This document shows, one piece after another, positions 39,073-48,227 of a stretch of DNA of 64,000 bases; the stretch's first letter is position 1, and every line of letters begins with the position of its first letter. The notes beneath the pieces were generated by a model. That model was not told the origin of the DNA, did no database searches, and was given only the letters and a program-made list of their open reading frames with translations. This DNA comes from Candidatus Thorarchaeota archaeon. GTDB lineage: Archaea > Asgardarchaeota > Thorarchaeia > Thorarchaeales > Thorarchaeaceae. The stretch is from positions 53,369 to 117,368 of the forward strand of contig JAOUFI010000002.1 in the NCBI GenBank assembly GCA_029858305.1. The letters are read 5' to 3'. A program made the translations under genes and the position numbers.

Positions 39073-40241
39073 AGATCAGCCCTCCTCATGATATTCACTA
39101 CGCACGTTGCACCTGTGCCACCAAAATTATGCATTAAAGCAGTATCATGATTAGCAACTTGATTCGGTCCTGCATCGCCGATTAGCTCCCTGTAGATAAC
39201 AACAGCTTGCTTGACTCCAGTTGCACCAACTGGGTGCCCTACTGCTTTCAGACCACCCATTGGATTGATAGGTTTATCACCATCAAGAGCAGTAATCCCA
39301 TCACGAACCGCTTTTGCACCTTCTCCCGGTTTGAAGAATCCGATGTCCTCACTAGCAATTATCTCAGCAATTGTGAAACAGTCATGAACAACTGCAAAGT
39401 CCATGTCTTTTGGTTTAAGTCCAGCCATTTTGTATGCTTGTCGGCTTGCATCTACAGAAGCACTAAAGCTGGTCAAATCTGATCGATCACAAAGATTCAT
39501 CGAAGCAGATGCCTGTCCTGTACCAGTAATTTTGACTGGGAGGTCGGTGTATTTCTTTGCTTTCTCATTCGAAGTAAGTACGAGTGCCGCTGCACCATCT
39601 GAGATGGGTGAACAATCAAACAGCTTGAGAGGCCAAGCAACATATCGCGGTGTCATTGCCTTCTCAAGGGTAATCTCTTTTTGGAACTGAGCCAATGGAT
39701 TGGTTGCAGCATTCTTGTGAGCCTTTACAGCCACTAATGCCATATCCTCTTCTGTGGTTCCATACTTTTGCATATGAGCAACAGCAGCGATTGCAAAGAC
39801 ACCAGGGAAGGTCAAGCCAATGCTTGATTCAAATTGATCATCTGCAGCTGCAGCAAGTGCTTCTGTTACTTTACTGGTCGACACCGAAGTCATCTTTTCA
39901 ACACCAGCAACAAGAACTGTGTCATAGAGTCCAGATTCGATTGCCATGATAGCTGCACGTAGTGCTGTTGCACCTGATGCGCATGCATCCTCGTGACGTG
40001 TAGCAGGTATACCCTTTAGACCTGCAAAATCAAGTAATAGTGGCGCCGTATGCCCCTGATGAACCAACATCTCTGGAATAAAACTACCAATAAAAGCCGC
40101 TTGAATATCCTTCTTGGGTATTCCAGCATGAATCGTTGCTTTGTCCACAGCCTCAGAGAAAATCTCTCTCAGCGTGACGCCTGTAAGAGCTCCAAATTTT
40201 GTTTGCGCTGCACTTACTATGTTTGTATTGTTCAAAGGCAA
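39069..40241 (-). CDS. Thiolase (archaeal/SCP2-type acetyl-CoA acetyltransferase)
   Basis: EDACASG, DCSPISDGAAA, VHDCF, GHPVGATG. Confidence 0.92.
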   Translation of the reverse strand: MPLNNTNIVSAAQTKFGALTGVTLREIFSEAVDKATIHAGIPKKDIQAAFIGSFIPEMLVHQGHTAPLLLDFAGLKGIPATRHEDACASGATALRAAIMAIESGLYDTVLVAGVEKMTSVSTSKVTEALAAAADDQFESSIGLTFPGVFAIAAVAHMQKYGTTEEDMALVAVKAHKNAATNPLAQFQKEITLEKAMTPRYVAWPLKLFDCSPISDGAAALVLTSNEKAKKYTDLPVKITGTGQASASMNLCDRSDLTSFSASVDASRQAYKMAGLKPKDMDFAVVHDCFTIAEIIASEDIGFFKPGEGAKAVRDGITALDGDKPINPMGGLKAVGHPVGATGVKQAVVIYRELIGDAGPNQVANHDTALMHNFGGTGATCVVNIMRRADL

Positions 40242-40402
40242 CTTATGATTCCACCTCTACTACTGAACCCCAAACCGTGAAAACAGCTATAAAAACTATA
40301 ATGAATGACGCATTATTCTTGTTATTAATGAAAAAAACTGCAGTAAAAGCCCCCTCCGAAGAGATAATAAGCTGTTTTCGAAGCGGGCTCTTGTGATTTG
40401 CT

Positions 40403-41605
40403 ATGGACTTTTCACTATCTGATAAGGAACAGAAGCTTTGGGAGAGAGCCAAGGCATTCACGATGGAATACATTACACCTCGTGCTATTGAATTAGAGAA
40501 GAGAAATGAATTTCCAAAGGAGGTTGTTCATAAAGCCTTCGAGGCAGGACTCATGAACCTTCATATTCCAACAGAAGCAGGAGGACCTGGACTGTCTCTA
40601 GTTTCTGAAACACTCGTTTCAGAGGCCACTGGTTATGGGTGTGCTGGAATGGCAACATCAATCATGTGCAACAATCTAGCATTTGCACCACTTGTGATAG
40701 GCGCTACCATTGAGCAGCTTCAGACATACGTAGAACCTTTAATCACAGGAAAGGAGCCAAAATTCGGAGCATTCTGTTTGACTGAACGCATGGCAGGTTC
40801 AGATGCTGGAGCTGTGGCTACTAGAGCAGAGCGAGCTGGTGACGAGTATATCATAAACGGAGTCAAGTGCTTTATCACAAATGCACCCCAGGCTTCACTT
40901 TTCACAGTCTTTGCTTCAACGCAACCAGAGCTTAAAGCTAAGGGTCTTTCAGTATTCATGGTCCCCAAGAGCAAAGCGGTAAAGATTGGGCTTATTGAGA
41001 ACAAGATGGGACAGAATAATTCTGTTCAAAGTGAAGTCATTTTTGATGATGCCCATGTGCCCAAGGAGTGCTTGGTTGGAAAGGAAGGAGATGGCTTCAA
41101 GATAGCAATGACTACTCTTGATAAGACAAGAGCAGGGATTGCAGCCATTGCAACAGGAGTAGCCCAGCGAGCTGTTGATGAGGCTGCTAAGTTCGCAAAT
41201 ATCCGCCATCAGTTTGGACAACCAATTGGCAGTTTTCAGGGTATTAGTTTCATGCTTGCAGACATGGGTGCAAGAGCAGCAGCAGCAAGACAACTAACTC
41301 GTTATGCAGCATGGATGGCTGATCAGGACATGCGTAACTCCAAAGACTCTGCTTTTGCGAAGTTCTTTGCTTCAGACGCCGCTATGCAGAATGCAACGGA
41401 TGCAGTGCAAATCATGGGTGGCTATGGATATCTAAGTGAGTACCCTGTTGAGAAACTCATGCGAGATGCAAAGCTCTTACAGATCTATGAGGGAACAAAT
41501 CAGATTCAGCGCCTTGTAGCAAGTGGTAATATACTCAAGGAAAGCGCCAACTTAGAAACAGGATTCCATGTCAAATATGATGGACGCGATGCGCCATTAA
41601 TGTAG
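40403..41605 (+). CDS. Acyl-CoA dehydrogenase
   Basis: FCLTE..AGSD, NG.KCFITNA, R.QFG.PI..FQ, QIMGGYGY, QIYEGTNQIQR. Confidence 0.95.
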   Translation: MDFSLSDKEQKLWERAKAFTMEYITPRAIELEKRNEFPKEVVHKAFEAGLMNLHIPTEAGGPGLSLVSETLVSEATGYGCAGMATSIMCNNLAFAPLVIGATIEQLQTYVEPLITGKEPKFGAFCLTERMAGSDAGAVATRAERAGDEYIINGVKCFITNAPQASLFTVFASTQPELKAKGLSVFMVPKSKAVKIGLIENKMGQNNSVQSEVIFDDAHVPKECLVGKEGDGFKIAMTTLDKTRAGIAAIATGVAQRAVDEAAKFANIRHQFGQPIGSFQGISFMLADMGARAAAARQLTRYAAWMADQDMRNSKDSAFAKFFASDAAMQNATDAVQIMGGYGYLSEYPVEKLMRDAKLLQIYEGTNQIQRLVASGNILKESANLETGFHVKYDGRDAPLM

Positions 41606-41610
41606 TTCGC

Positions 41611-41657
41611 GAGGAATGACCGGCATGATTTCTATAGACCGGTCATCTCCATTCCTC
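41611..41657 (+). other. Intergenic stem-loop with kink-turn-like geometry
   Basis: ATGACCGG (41616-23) pairs with CCGGTCAT (41639-46), enclosing CAT-GA-TTTCTATA-GA. Confidence 0.45.
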
Positions 41658-41740
41658 TGTTTCCAACTATTGCATTGATGGGTTACTTACTTAAGTACAA
41701 ATAAATCAGGCGAGAGTGTCAAAGACTGGAGGTTCCCACC

Positions 41741-42490
41741 TTGGAAGACAATGAAGCAATCAAGGTGATCAAGAATCGTCGTGCAATACGAGATTATAGT
41801 ACTTCAAGAGATGTGCCCGACGATTTGATCTACAAAATTATAGAGGCTGGTGGTTATGCGCCGAGCGCGGAAAACCAACAGCCTTGGAGAGTTATCGTAG
41901 TCCGTGATAAGAGACTACAGGAATTCATTGGGCAAATTGCTGTGGACCGAACAATTCTGCTCTTTGGTCGTGCTACTCCGAGGGAAGAACTTGAGCGGAG
42001 GTTGAGCTATATTGAATCAAAGGCAAGTCTTGAACGGACTATTGACATTCTTATCTCTGGGCAACGATTCGAATACATCAAGGGAAAATCTGAAACCAAC
42101 GGTGCCCCTGTTCTCCTTGTTCTTGCTGTTGATCAGACTCATGTAGGTAACTCACAGCCCACCCTAAGAGGAACAGGTGGAGTATACGGATGGTCAGGAC
42201 CTAGGCATGCTGTCATTGCGGGTTCGATGATGATGGAAAACATGGCGCTAGCCGCAGCATCAATGGGTATTGGCAGCTGCGTGTCTTCAGTTCAGCTTGA
42301 TCACTTTGATGATGTCGGAGCCATCTCAGAGAAGCTAGGTATTCCTTTCCCACATTGGGTACCTATTCTATGCCTCACTCTTGGATATGCAAAATATGAT
42401 AGAACCCTTGGGCCACCAAGACAAGGTCCCGAAGAGATTGCTTTTCTGAATAGATGGGGAGAGCCCTTTGTGAAGGAGGCTAAGAGATGA
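41741..42490 (+). CDS. Nitroreductase-family protein
   Basis: RRAIRDY, APSAENQQPW..IVV, ENMALAA.SMGIGSC, LGY. Confidence 0.9.
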   Translation: MEDNEAIKVIKNRRAIRDYSTSRDVPDDLIYKIIEAGGYAPSAENQQPWRVIVVRDKRLQEFIGQIAVDRTILLFGRATPREELERRLSYIESKASLERTIDILISGQRFEYIKGKSETNGAPVLLVLAVDQTHVGNSQPTLRGTGGVYGWSGPRHAVIAGSMMMENMALAAASMGIGSCVSSVQLDHFDDVGAISEKLGIPFPHWVPILCLTLGYAKYDRTLGPPRQGPEEIAFLNRWGEPFVKEAKR

Positions 42491-43035
42491 ACGATCTGGA
42501 AATCCTTAGGAAAGGCTTTGTCGCCTTCATTGACGGGCTTTGGTGGGGCCTTCGTGATAACACTGGAGCCCTCTCAATGTACGAAGGTTATAGTGGCGGG
42601 TTCAGACAGATGGGGGAAGAGATTGCTGAGTCAATCGGGGGAAAGGGCCCTGAAAAAGCTGTAGAGATTGCAGCAGAGATTCTTAGAGCAATTGGACTTG
42701 ATGTTGAAACATACAAAAAAGAAATCATAGTCAAATCATGCCCAATTTGGAACCGAATTCTGGAGAGAGGACTTGAATTCTCATTTCATGTTGAAGAGAT
42801 TTGCTGGATGCCACTCCTAAAAGGTATTGGAGAGCAGACTGGTGCTACACCAATCTTCAACACTTCACTTCGACTCATTCATATAGAGAACGCGAAAGTC
42901 GACTACAAAAAGGCTCGAGCAAAGGCGGCCTTCGAAAAGGGTGACATAAGCAAGAAAGATTATGATAAGCAAATAGATATCCTCGAAAAAAGTCTAGAAA
43001 GTACAGGTAAATACGGCTGCTATCGATTTGAGTAG
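42487..43035 (+). CDS. Hypothetical protein, V4R-like fold with charged helical insertion
   Basis: I.V.SCP.W, EICW and terminal GCYRFE; ATGA overlap with nitroreductase. Confidence 0.55.
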   Translation: MNDLEILRKGFVAFIDGLWWGLRDNTGALSMYEGYSGGFRQMGEEIAESIGGKGPEKAVEIAAEILRAIGLDVETYKKEIIVKSCPIWNRILERGLEFSFHVEEICWMPLLKGIGEQTGATPIFNTSLRLIHIENAKVDYKKARAKAAFEKGDISKKDYDKQIDILEKSLESTGKYGCYRFE

Positions 43036-43071
43036 TCCCATCCATAGTATCAAGAAAGGCAGGCGAAGCAC

Positions 43072-44337
43072 ATGGAAACACTGGAGAAAGCAGGACTAGC
43101 TGTCAATTATAATAAAGTGCCCAGTACAAAGGCAAAGAGCCTTCCCGAGAATGTATTCATTTGGGATGAAACCCTGAGAGATGGAGAGCAGACTCCAGGA
43201 GTAGCTTTGACAATCGATGAGAAGATCGAGATTGCCAAAATGCTCGATGAGATAGGGACAGCAATTGTAGCGGTGGGTTTCCCTGCAGTCGGAGAAACGG
43301 AACAAAAAGCTGTTACAGCTATAGCAAGAGAAGGTCTCTCAAACGCGAGTGTTGCAGCTCCAGCTAGAGCAGTAATACAGGATCTAGATGCCTGTATCCA
43401 AGCAGATGTTGACGAGGTGCCTATCTTTATTGCAACCTCTGATTTCCGTCTCAAGTATCAGCTGAGAATGACTCGAGAAGAGGTCCTCAATCGACTGACC
43501 CAGTGTATACAATACGGAAAAGAACATGGTCTTGTAATAGACTACATAGCTGAAGATTCAACTAGAAGTGACATGGAATTTCTCTGTAAGGCATATCAAA
43601 CAGCAATCGATGCAGGTGCAGACAAGATTTGCATAGCTGATACTGTGGGATTTGTGCGTCCTGAGGTCATGAGATACTTAGTCCGTGAAGTTAAGTCACG
43701 CTTATGGACCAAGAGCAAATACAAGGTGCCTATTGCAGTTCACTGCCATGATGACTTTGGACTAGCTACTGCTAACACTCTTGCTGCTGTTGAGGAGGGT
43801 ATCACCTATCCACAAGTGTGTGTCAATGCCTATGGCGAACGAGCAGGGAACGCAGCATTCGAGGAAATCGTGATGGCACTTGAAGAGCTCTACGGGGTCA
43901 ATACGGGAATTCAGACAGAAAAACTCTACCAGCTCTCCAGACTTGTAGAGAAGAATTTTGTGATACCACTGCCCCTGCACAAGGCCATCAGTGGAGACAA
44001 TGCATTCACGCACTCGAGCGGAATACACTCCCATGGACAACTGACCCATAGCATGACATACGAACCAATTAGTCCCTCAAAGGTTGGACGAAGGAGAGAG
44101 TTCCACTTAGGAAAATTTGTTGGGAGACATTTCGTTGAGTATCTCTTGAAAATGGGTGGAGTCAGGGCAACACCTGAACAAGCTAGGGAGATTACCGACC
44201 GCGTGAAAAAGACACACGAAGACAAGAAGAAACTTCAGTCTCGTGTCGCTTTTGAAAAGATAAAGGATGAGCTCCGAGGATTGAGAACAGGTGTATCAGA
44301 GCGTGAGTTCTGGGAAATCGTCTTTGAAGTCGTTTAG
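43072..44337 (+). CDS. Homocitrate/2-isopropylmalate synthase family (DRE-TIM) without LeuA regulatory domain
   Basis: DETLRDGEQ, ADTVG, HCHDDFGLATAN, GERAGNA, AFTHSSGIH, YEP. Confidence 0.9.
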   Translation: METLEKAGLAVNYNKVPSTKAKSLPENVFIWDETLRDGEQTPGVALTIDEKIEIAKMLDEIGTAIVAVGFPAVGETEQKAVTAIAREGLSNASVAAPARAVIQDLDACIQADVDEVPIFIATSDFRLKYQLRMTREEVLNRLTQCIQYGKEHGLVIDYIAEDSTRSDMEFLCKAYQTAIDAGADKICIADTVGFVRPEVMRYLVREVKSRLWTKSKYKVPIAVHCHDDFGLATANTLAAVEEGITYPQVCVNAYGERAGNAAFEEIVMALEELYGVNTGIQTEKLYQLSRLVEKNFVIPLPLHKAISGDNAFTHSSGIHSHGQLTHSMTYEPISPSKVGRRREFHLGKFVGRHFVEYLLKMGGVRATPEQAREITDRVKKTHEDKKKLQSRVAFEKIKDELRGLRTGVSEREFWEIVFEVV

Positions 44338-44685
44338 TTGCTCTTAGTTTTGTCGGATAGCTGTTTTGCTACACGATAACGCAATATCACTAAGGTCCAT
44401 CATAACCACTCCTTATGGAGTAATTATAGCAGGCAGTTCAGATGTAGTTAAAACGGATATTCAAGAACATCTTAAGTATCACAAGTTGAATGTGTCACAA
44501 AATAGACCAAAAGGACTCATCAGGTTGAGAGTGGCATACGATGGTTTCGTGGATGACTGGACAGATTTACGCCTTACAATTCCTGAAGAGATGACATATC
44601 TTGGAGAATAGGCGGGATGGAGTTTGAAAAGGAAATATCAAAACGGAGTTCCATATGTCGGAATACTTGTGAAGAAGTGATTACC

Positions 44686-45219
44686 ATGACGATTTATGCA
44701 CTAGGAAATAAGATACCAAAGATTGCAGATACTGCTTATGTACATCCTCAAGCATGTGTCATCGGAGATGTAGTAATTGGTGAGCGTGTCTTCGTCGCAC
44801 CAATGGTTTCAATCAGAGGGGACAGGGGATCAATCGTAATCGGTGACGAAACCAACCTCCAAGATGGTGTTGTAGTACATTCAGATCCAAGATTCACGAC
44901 TCGAATTGGAAAACGAGTGAATGTTGGACATAATGCCACGATTCATGCGGAATCAATAGGTGATAATGCCGCTATAGGAATGGCGGCAGTCCTCATGCTT
45001 GGTAGTAAGGTTGCTGAGGGAGCATTGATAGCTAATTCAGCTCTTCTTCATGAAAAGACCCAAACAGAGCCTTACAAAATCTACGCAGGGATTCCAGCTA
45101 AATACATGAGAGATATCGACTCAACGAGCTCAGCTAGACAGGCAATTGATGTCTATCTCGATTCATACATAGACAATACGAGAATTTATCCGTCGGACTT
45201 GAAGGAACTCAAAGATTAA
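44686..45219 (+). CDS. Gamma-carbonic anhydrase family protein
   Basis: Hexapeptide repeats, IRGD, NLQDGVVVH, VGHNATIH, G.PAK; ATG 44686 (track start 44617). Confidence 0.88.
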   Translation: MTIYALGNKIPKIADTAYVHPQACVIGDVVIGERVFVAPMVSIRGDRGSIVIGDETNLQDGVVVHSDPRFTTRIGKRVNVGHNATIHAESIGDNAAIGMAAVLMLGSKVAEGALIANSALLHEKTQTEPYKIYAGIPAKYMRDIDSTSSARQAIDVYLDSYIDNTRIYPSDLKELKD

Positions 45220-45267
45220 TTAGCCTTGAACCAAGACCTTATATGAATAATTAACTATAGTTATTAT

Positions 45268-45558
45268 ATGATGAAAACGGAACAGGCTATAGAAGGAAAA
45301 ATAATTACAAGTCAAATAGGATCATTTGGAAAGACCGAATTCCCGTATGGTTACATAACAATTGAGATTTCGTCAAGTAGGAATATCACGGTCAAGATCG
45401 ATTACTATACTTGGTTCGAGACTCTTGAGATTGGTAAACATGTTGTTGTTGATGCTTCGTACCTAGGGACAACAGATATTCTAGTAGCAAGAAAAGTAAG
45501 TCTGAAAACGCTGATTGATTCAAACGCAGCAACGGAAGATATCGCTGTATCAACATAA
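45268..45558 (+). CDS. Small OB-fold-like protein
   Basis: G.I......YGYI.IE....VK....T.FETL.IG..V.V.....L.ARKV pattern shared with the next gene. Confidence 0.65.
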   Translation: MMKTEQAIEGKIITSQIGSFGKTEFPYGYITIEISSSRNITVKIDYYTWFETLEIGKHVVVDASYLGTTDILVARKVSLKTLIDSNAATEDIAVST

Positions 45559-45673
45559 TTGTATGAATCGAATCTAGTTCTTGCACATATTCCGAACTGT
45601 CTTGACAACATAGATTACATCAATGGAATAGGTTATACGTTGTTTCTTTTCGTGCAGCCTTGGGTGATAACTA

Positions 45674-45904
45674 GTGCAGACTGTTGTTACAGGAACGATA
45701 ACTTCCTCGGATATCAGTGAAATGGGTAAGCTCAAGTATGGCTACTTAGGTATTGAAACCGATGATAAGGAACACCTCAAAGTGAAGGTGACTGCATTTA
45801 CTAAATTTGAAACACTTGACCTAGGAGCAAAAGTCACCATTGAATTGGAGTCAGTTGGGGGAGCAGAACTTCTTAATGCAAAGAAAATATCCATTCCGAA
45901 GTGA
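45674..45904 (+). CDS. Small OB-fold-like protein (paralog)
   Basis: Collinear similarity to 45268-45558 (YGYLGIE, VKV, TKFETLDLG, AKKISI). Confidence 0.65.
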   Translation: MQTVVTGTITSSDISEMGKLKYGYLGIETDDKEHLKVKVTAFTKFETLDLGAKVTIELESVGGAELLNAKKISIPK

Positions 45905-45993
45905 CACCGAAAACGAATCCATGCCTTAAGACATTCCAGCTATACTTTTAGCAGGAAATGACTACTCATCAATGCAAGCGAGGAATGAATTAG

Positions 45994-46368
45994 ATGCCAG
46001 AACTTCCATTGCGTTACTTCTGTTATGTCTGCGGACACGAAAATAACCTCACGTTGGAGATTCCAAATGCGCCAAAGATAAAGAGAGATGAGATTACTTG
46101 TACAAAGTGTGGAGATGTGACTAATCTGCTTCTTACTTCATGCCCACACTGTAATAACGCATTCAAGTATTTCCTATCGGATCTGGACTTCCCTCATGAA
46201 TTAACAACACTCGCAGATACCTATGTCCAACTCATTAATGGTATTAAGAATAGCCTCTCTGGAGTTGTTAAAGAGTTCAATGTTCCACTACCAAAACGTT
46301 GGTCTGTTAAGCTTGATTGTCAGTGTGGGAAGAGCTATACTGTCGAAATTCCGCTCCCTCAGATTTAG
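45994..46368 (+). CDS. Small zinc-finger protein
   Basis: CYVC, CTKC, CPHC and CQC knuckles. Confidence 0.7.
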   Translation: MPELPLRYFCYVCGHENNLTLEIPNAPKIKRDEITCTKCGDVTNLLLTSCPHCNNAFKYFLSDLDFPHELTTLADTYVQLINGIKNSLSGVVKEFNVPLPKRWSVKLDCQCGKSYTVEIPLPQI

Positions 46369-46819
46369 GTACAGAACTAGGTCCAATAATAATTTCATAA
46401 TTGAGTCTAACAGGACACTTCATTGAGTTGGCAACCAGACAGTAAGTGTGCGCACGCTCAGCGACTTTTGCCATCTTCTTCTTATCACTCGCCGTAGGGA
46501 CAAAGATTTTGGCATTGATGGTAATCTGTGCAAATTCCCAACCAAGCTCTCTCTTCTGGAGGATTCCAACACCAGTGATATTGAAATCTGTGAATACTGC
46601 ATGAAATTTTTTGGACACACCAGAGAGGGATACACCATAACAAGAAATCGCTGCCGCAACAAACAGCTCCTCAGGCGATACAACATCAGTAGGAGCGTCT
46701 GGCCAAAAGTCAAGTGGGGTTGCTACTTGAAAAGTTTCTTTACCATCAATCTCAATGGTGACAATTTTCTCTTTCACCCATCGTGAGAATATCGCATACC
46801 TGAGCTCTTCTTTTGACAT
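46307..46819 (-). CDS. OsmC/Ohr family protein
   Basis: SPEELFVAA..SC and AH..CLVANS two-Cys signature; ATG 46819. Confidence 0.88.
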   Translation of the reverse strand: MSKEELRYAIFSRWVKEKIVTIEIDGKETFQVATPLDFWPDAPTDVVSPEELFVAAAISCYGVSLSGVSKKFHAVFTDFNITGVGILQKRELGWEFAQITINAKIFVPTASDKKKMAKVAERAHTYCLVANSMKCPVRLNYEIIIGPSSVPKSEGAEFRQYSSSHTDNQA

Positions 46820-46923
46820 AGAATGAGGTCTAGAAGCGCCCATTGAATAGCCTTTTGTTCTGATATCTAACAAATTCTTCATGAGAGTGAGGCTTATTAG
46901 GAACCTCGTCTATATCATAGAAA

Positions 46924-47014
46924 TGGTGGTCAGGTGGCTTGCAGGGCACATTTTCTGTAACATGCCCTCATAACTCCCCCCCTCCTACCATTGCCTTGCT
47001 GGCACTGGCCACCA
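46924..47014. other. GC-rich structured intergenic element (candidate ncRNA or cis-regulatory RNA)
   Basis: Outer stem TGGTGGTCAG/CTGGCCACCA, inner hairpins 46943-46968 and 46992-47004, C7 tract. Confidence 0.4.
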
Positions 47015-47052
47015 CCCGAGTCTTCGTTTTATAATCGCTACTACATTGATTT

Positions 47053-47682
47053 TCATTTCTTTTCGAATAGTTCTTTGAGTAGGTCAGCAGCTCGAGAATA
47101 GTGCTTCATGGCCTCATGATAAGAACCTTTGTCCTTGGGGTCAAATTCAAAGCAAATGAGTCGAAAAATCTCCCTGTGCTCTGAGATGACTGGCTTGAAA
47201 CCGTGTATATCGAGAAGCGACTCTGATGCATGATTTCGTACAAGATAATCAGGATCTGTACTCACACTATCAAAGAGAGCTTTGATGGTATCATTTGTAG
47301 GAAACCTCCGAAGTACACTAGCAGCACGGAGTCTTACATATGGACTCCTGTTGCTCTGGAGAATCTCAATAAGGTGTGGTGTGTATTCATCTGTTTCCTC
47401 GATTACATTCAACGCAACAGCAATCTGAATTCTAAGGTCAGAATCCACCTTTCCTAATAACCTCTTCATAATTGGAATAGCTCTCTGGGATTTCAATTCT
47501 CGAAGCCCCATAGCTGCATAGTGGCTTCCAGCCTCCATCGATTCTATAAGCATGGATTCTGCCTGATCACGCTCAGCTCCTTCTAGAAGACAAACAGACT
47601 GTGAGTCAATCCCATCATGCCACATCATGTATGGGTCTCCGAAGAAGTTCTCCATGAAATACTCCCATTGTCTACTAGGCAT
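47053..47682 (-). CDS. HEAT-repeat (PBS lyase-type) protein
   Basis: Repeated AA..L.......AIP.M/L and VR..AA..L, DPDYLVR.HA.ESL; ATG 47682. Confidence 0.75.
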   Translation of the reverse strand: MPSRQWEYFMENFFGDPYMMWHDGIDSQSVCLLEGAERDQAESMLIESMEAGSHYAAMGLRELKSQRAIPIMKRLLGKVDSDLRIQIAVALNVIEETDEYTPHLIEILQSNRSPYVRLRAASVLRRFPTNDTIKALFDSVSTDPDYLVRNHASESLLDIHGFKPVISEHREIFRLICFEFDPKDKGSYHEAMKHYSRAADLLKELFEKK

Positions 47683-48227
47683 ATCAGGAAAAAAACTCAG
47701 ATCAGTGATATGCCTTCCTCTTCTAAATTCATAAATTACAATGTAGCCATGCATCACATAATTGATTCATAAGTAGTTGAGAGAATAGTGGGGAAACATC
47801 AAAAAACTCAAAATAGCAAAAGAAAGAACAGACTCCAGCATGTTGATAATGTGTCGCAAAGAGCAGCGAAAATGAGAATGCGTCACAGAAATGTGAGGGT
47901 TCCATCGTTTAGTTCAATGCCTAGGACCTGCTTACCATCGATGTTGCAAATCTATTATGATTCTTGGTATCATTGGACTTCGTAGTTGTCTCATCGCCTA
48001 CTTTCTTTTGCCTTCCACGAAAAGCATCATAGAATCTTGTTCTGACCAAATTATTTACGAACATTCTCTAGTAGTTAAGCAATCACCGATTTTTTGAATT
48101 ATTACATGCGAAGAATCCTAAATACGTATTCTGTGAATAAATCAATGATTGGATGGCAGAATCATGTGGTATTCTATATGCTGCACCACATTAGACATTT
48201 TAAAAATACAAAAGGTGAGTATTTGAG

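Noticed and set aside
43072-44337. Assignment as leuA, aksA or cimA
   Set aside because: Substrate specificity cannot be determined from motifs; no regulatory domain or informative neighbours.
44366-44611. 81-aa TTG-start ORF between the synthase and gamma-CA genes
   Set aside because: No motif, weak start; could be a small gene or remnant but cannot be supported from sequence alone.
46307-46368. 62-nt convergent overlap of the Zn-finger and OsmC genes
   Set aside because: OsmC extension beyond the domain is low-information; likely simple stop-codon drift in a compact genome.
46938-46975. SECIS-like pattern on minus strand (ATGA-stem-AAA-stem)
   Set aside because: The 3' side reads CCCTGCA rather than the required GA, the stem is short, and the upstream gene's TGA is followed by a TAG four codons later, so no selenoprotein is evident.
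47760-48227. Long intergenic region with a 65-aa ORF and short minus-strand fragments
   Set aside because: No coherent reading frame, repeat or structure; treated as promoter or degraded DNA.
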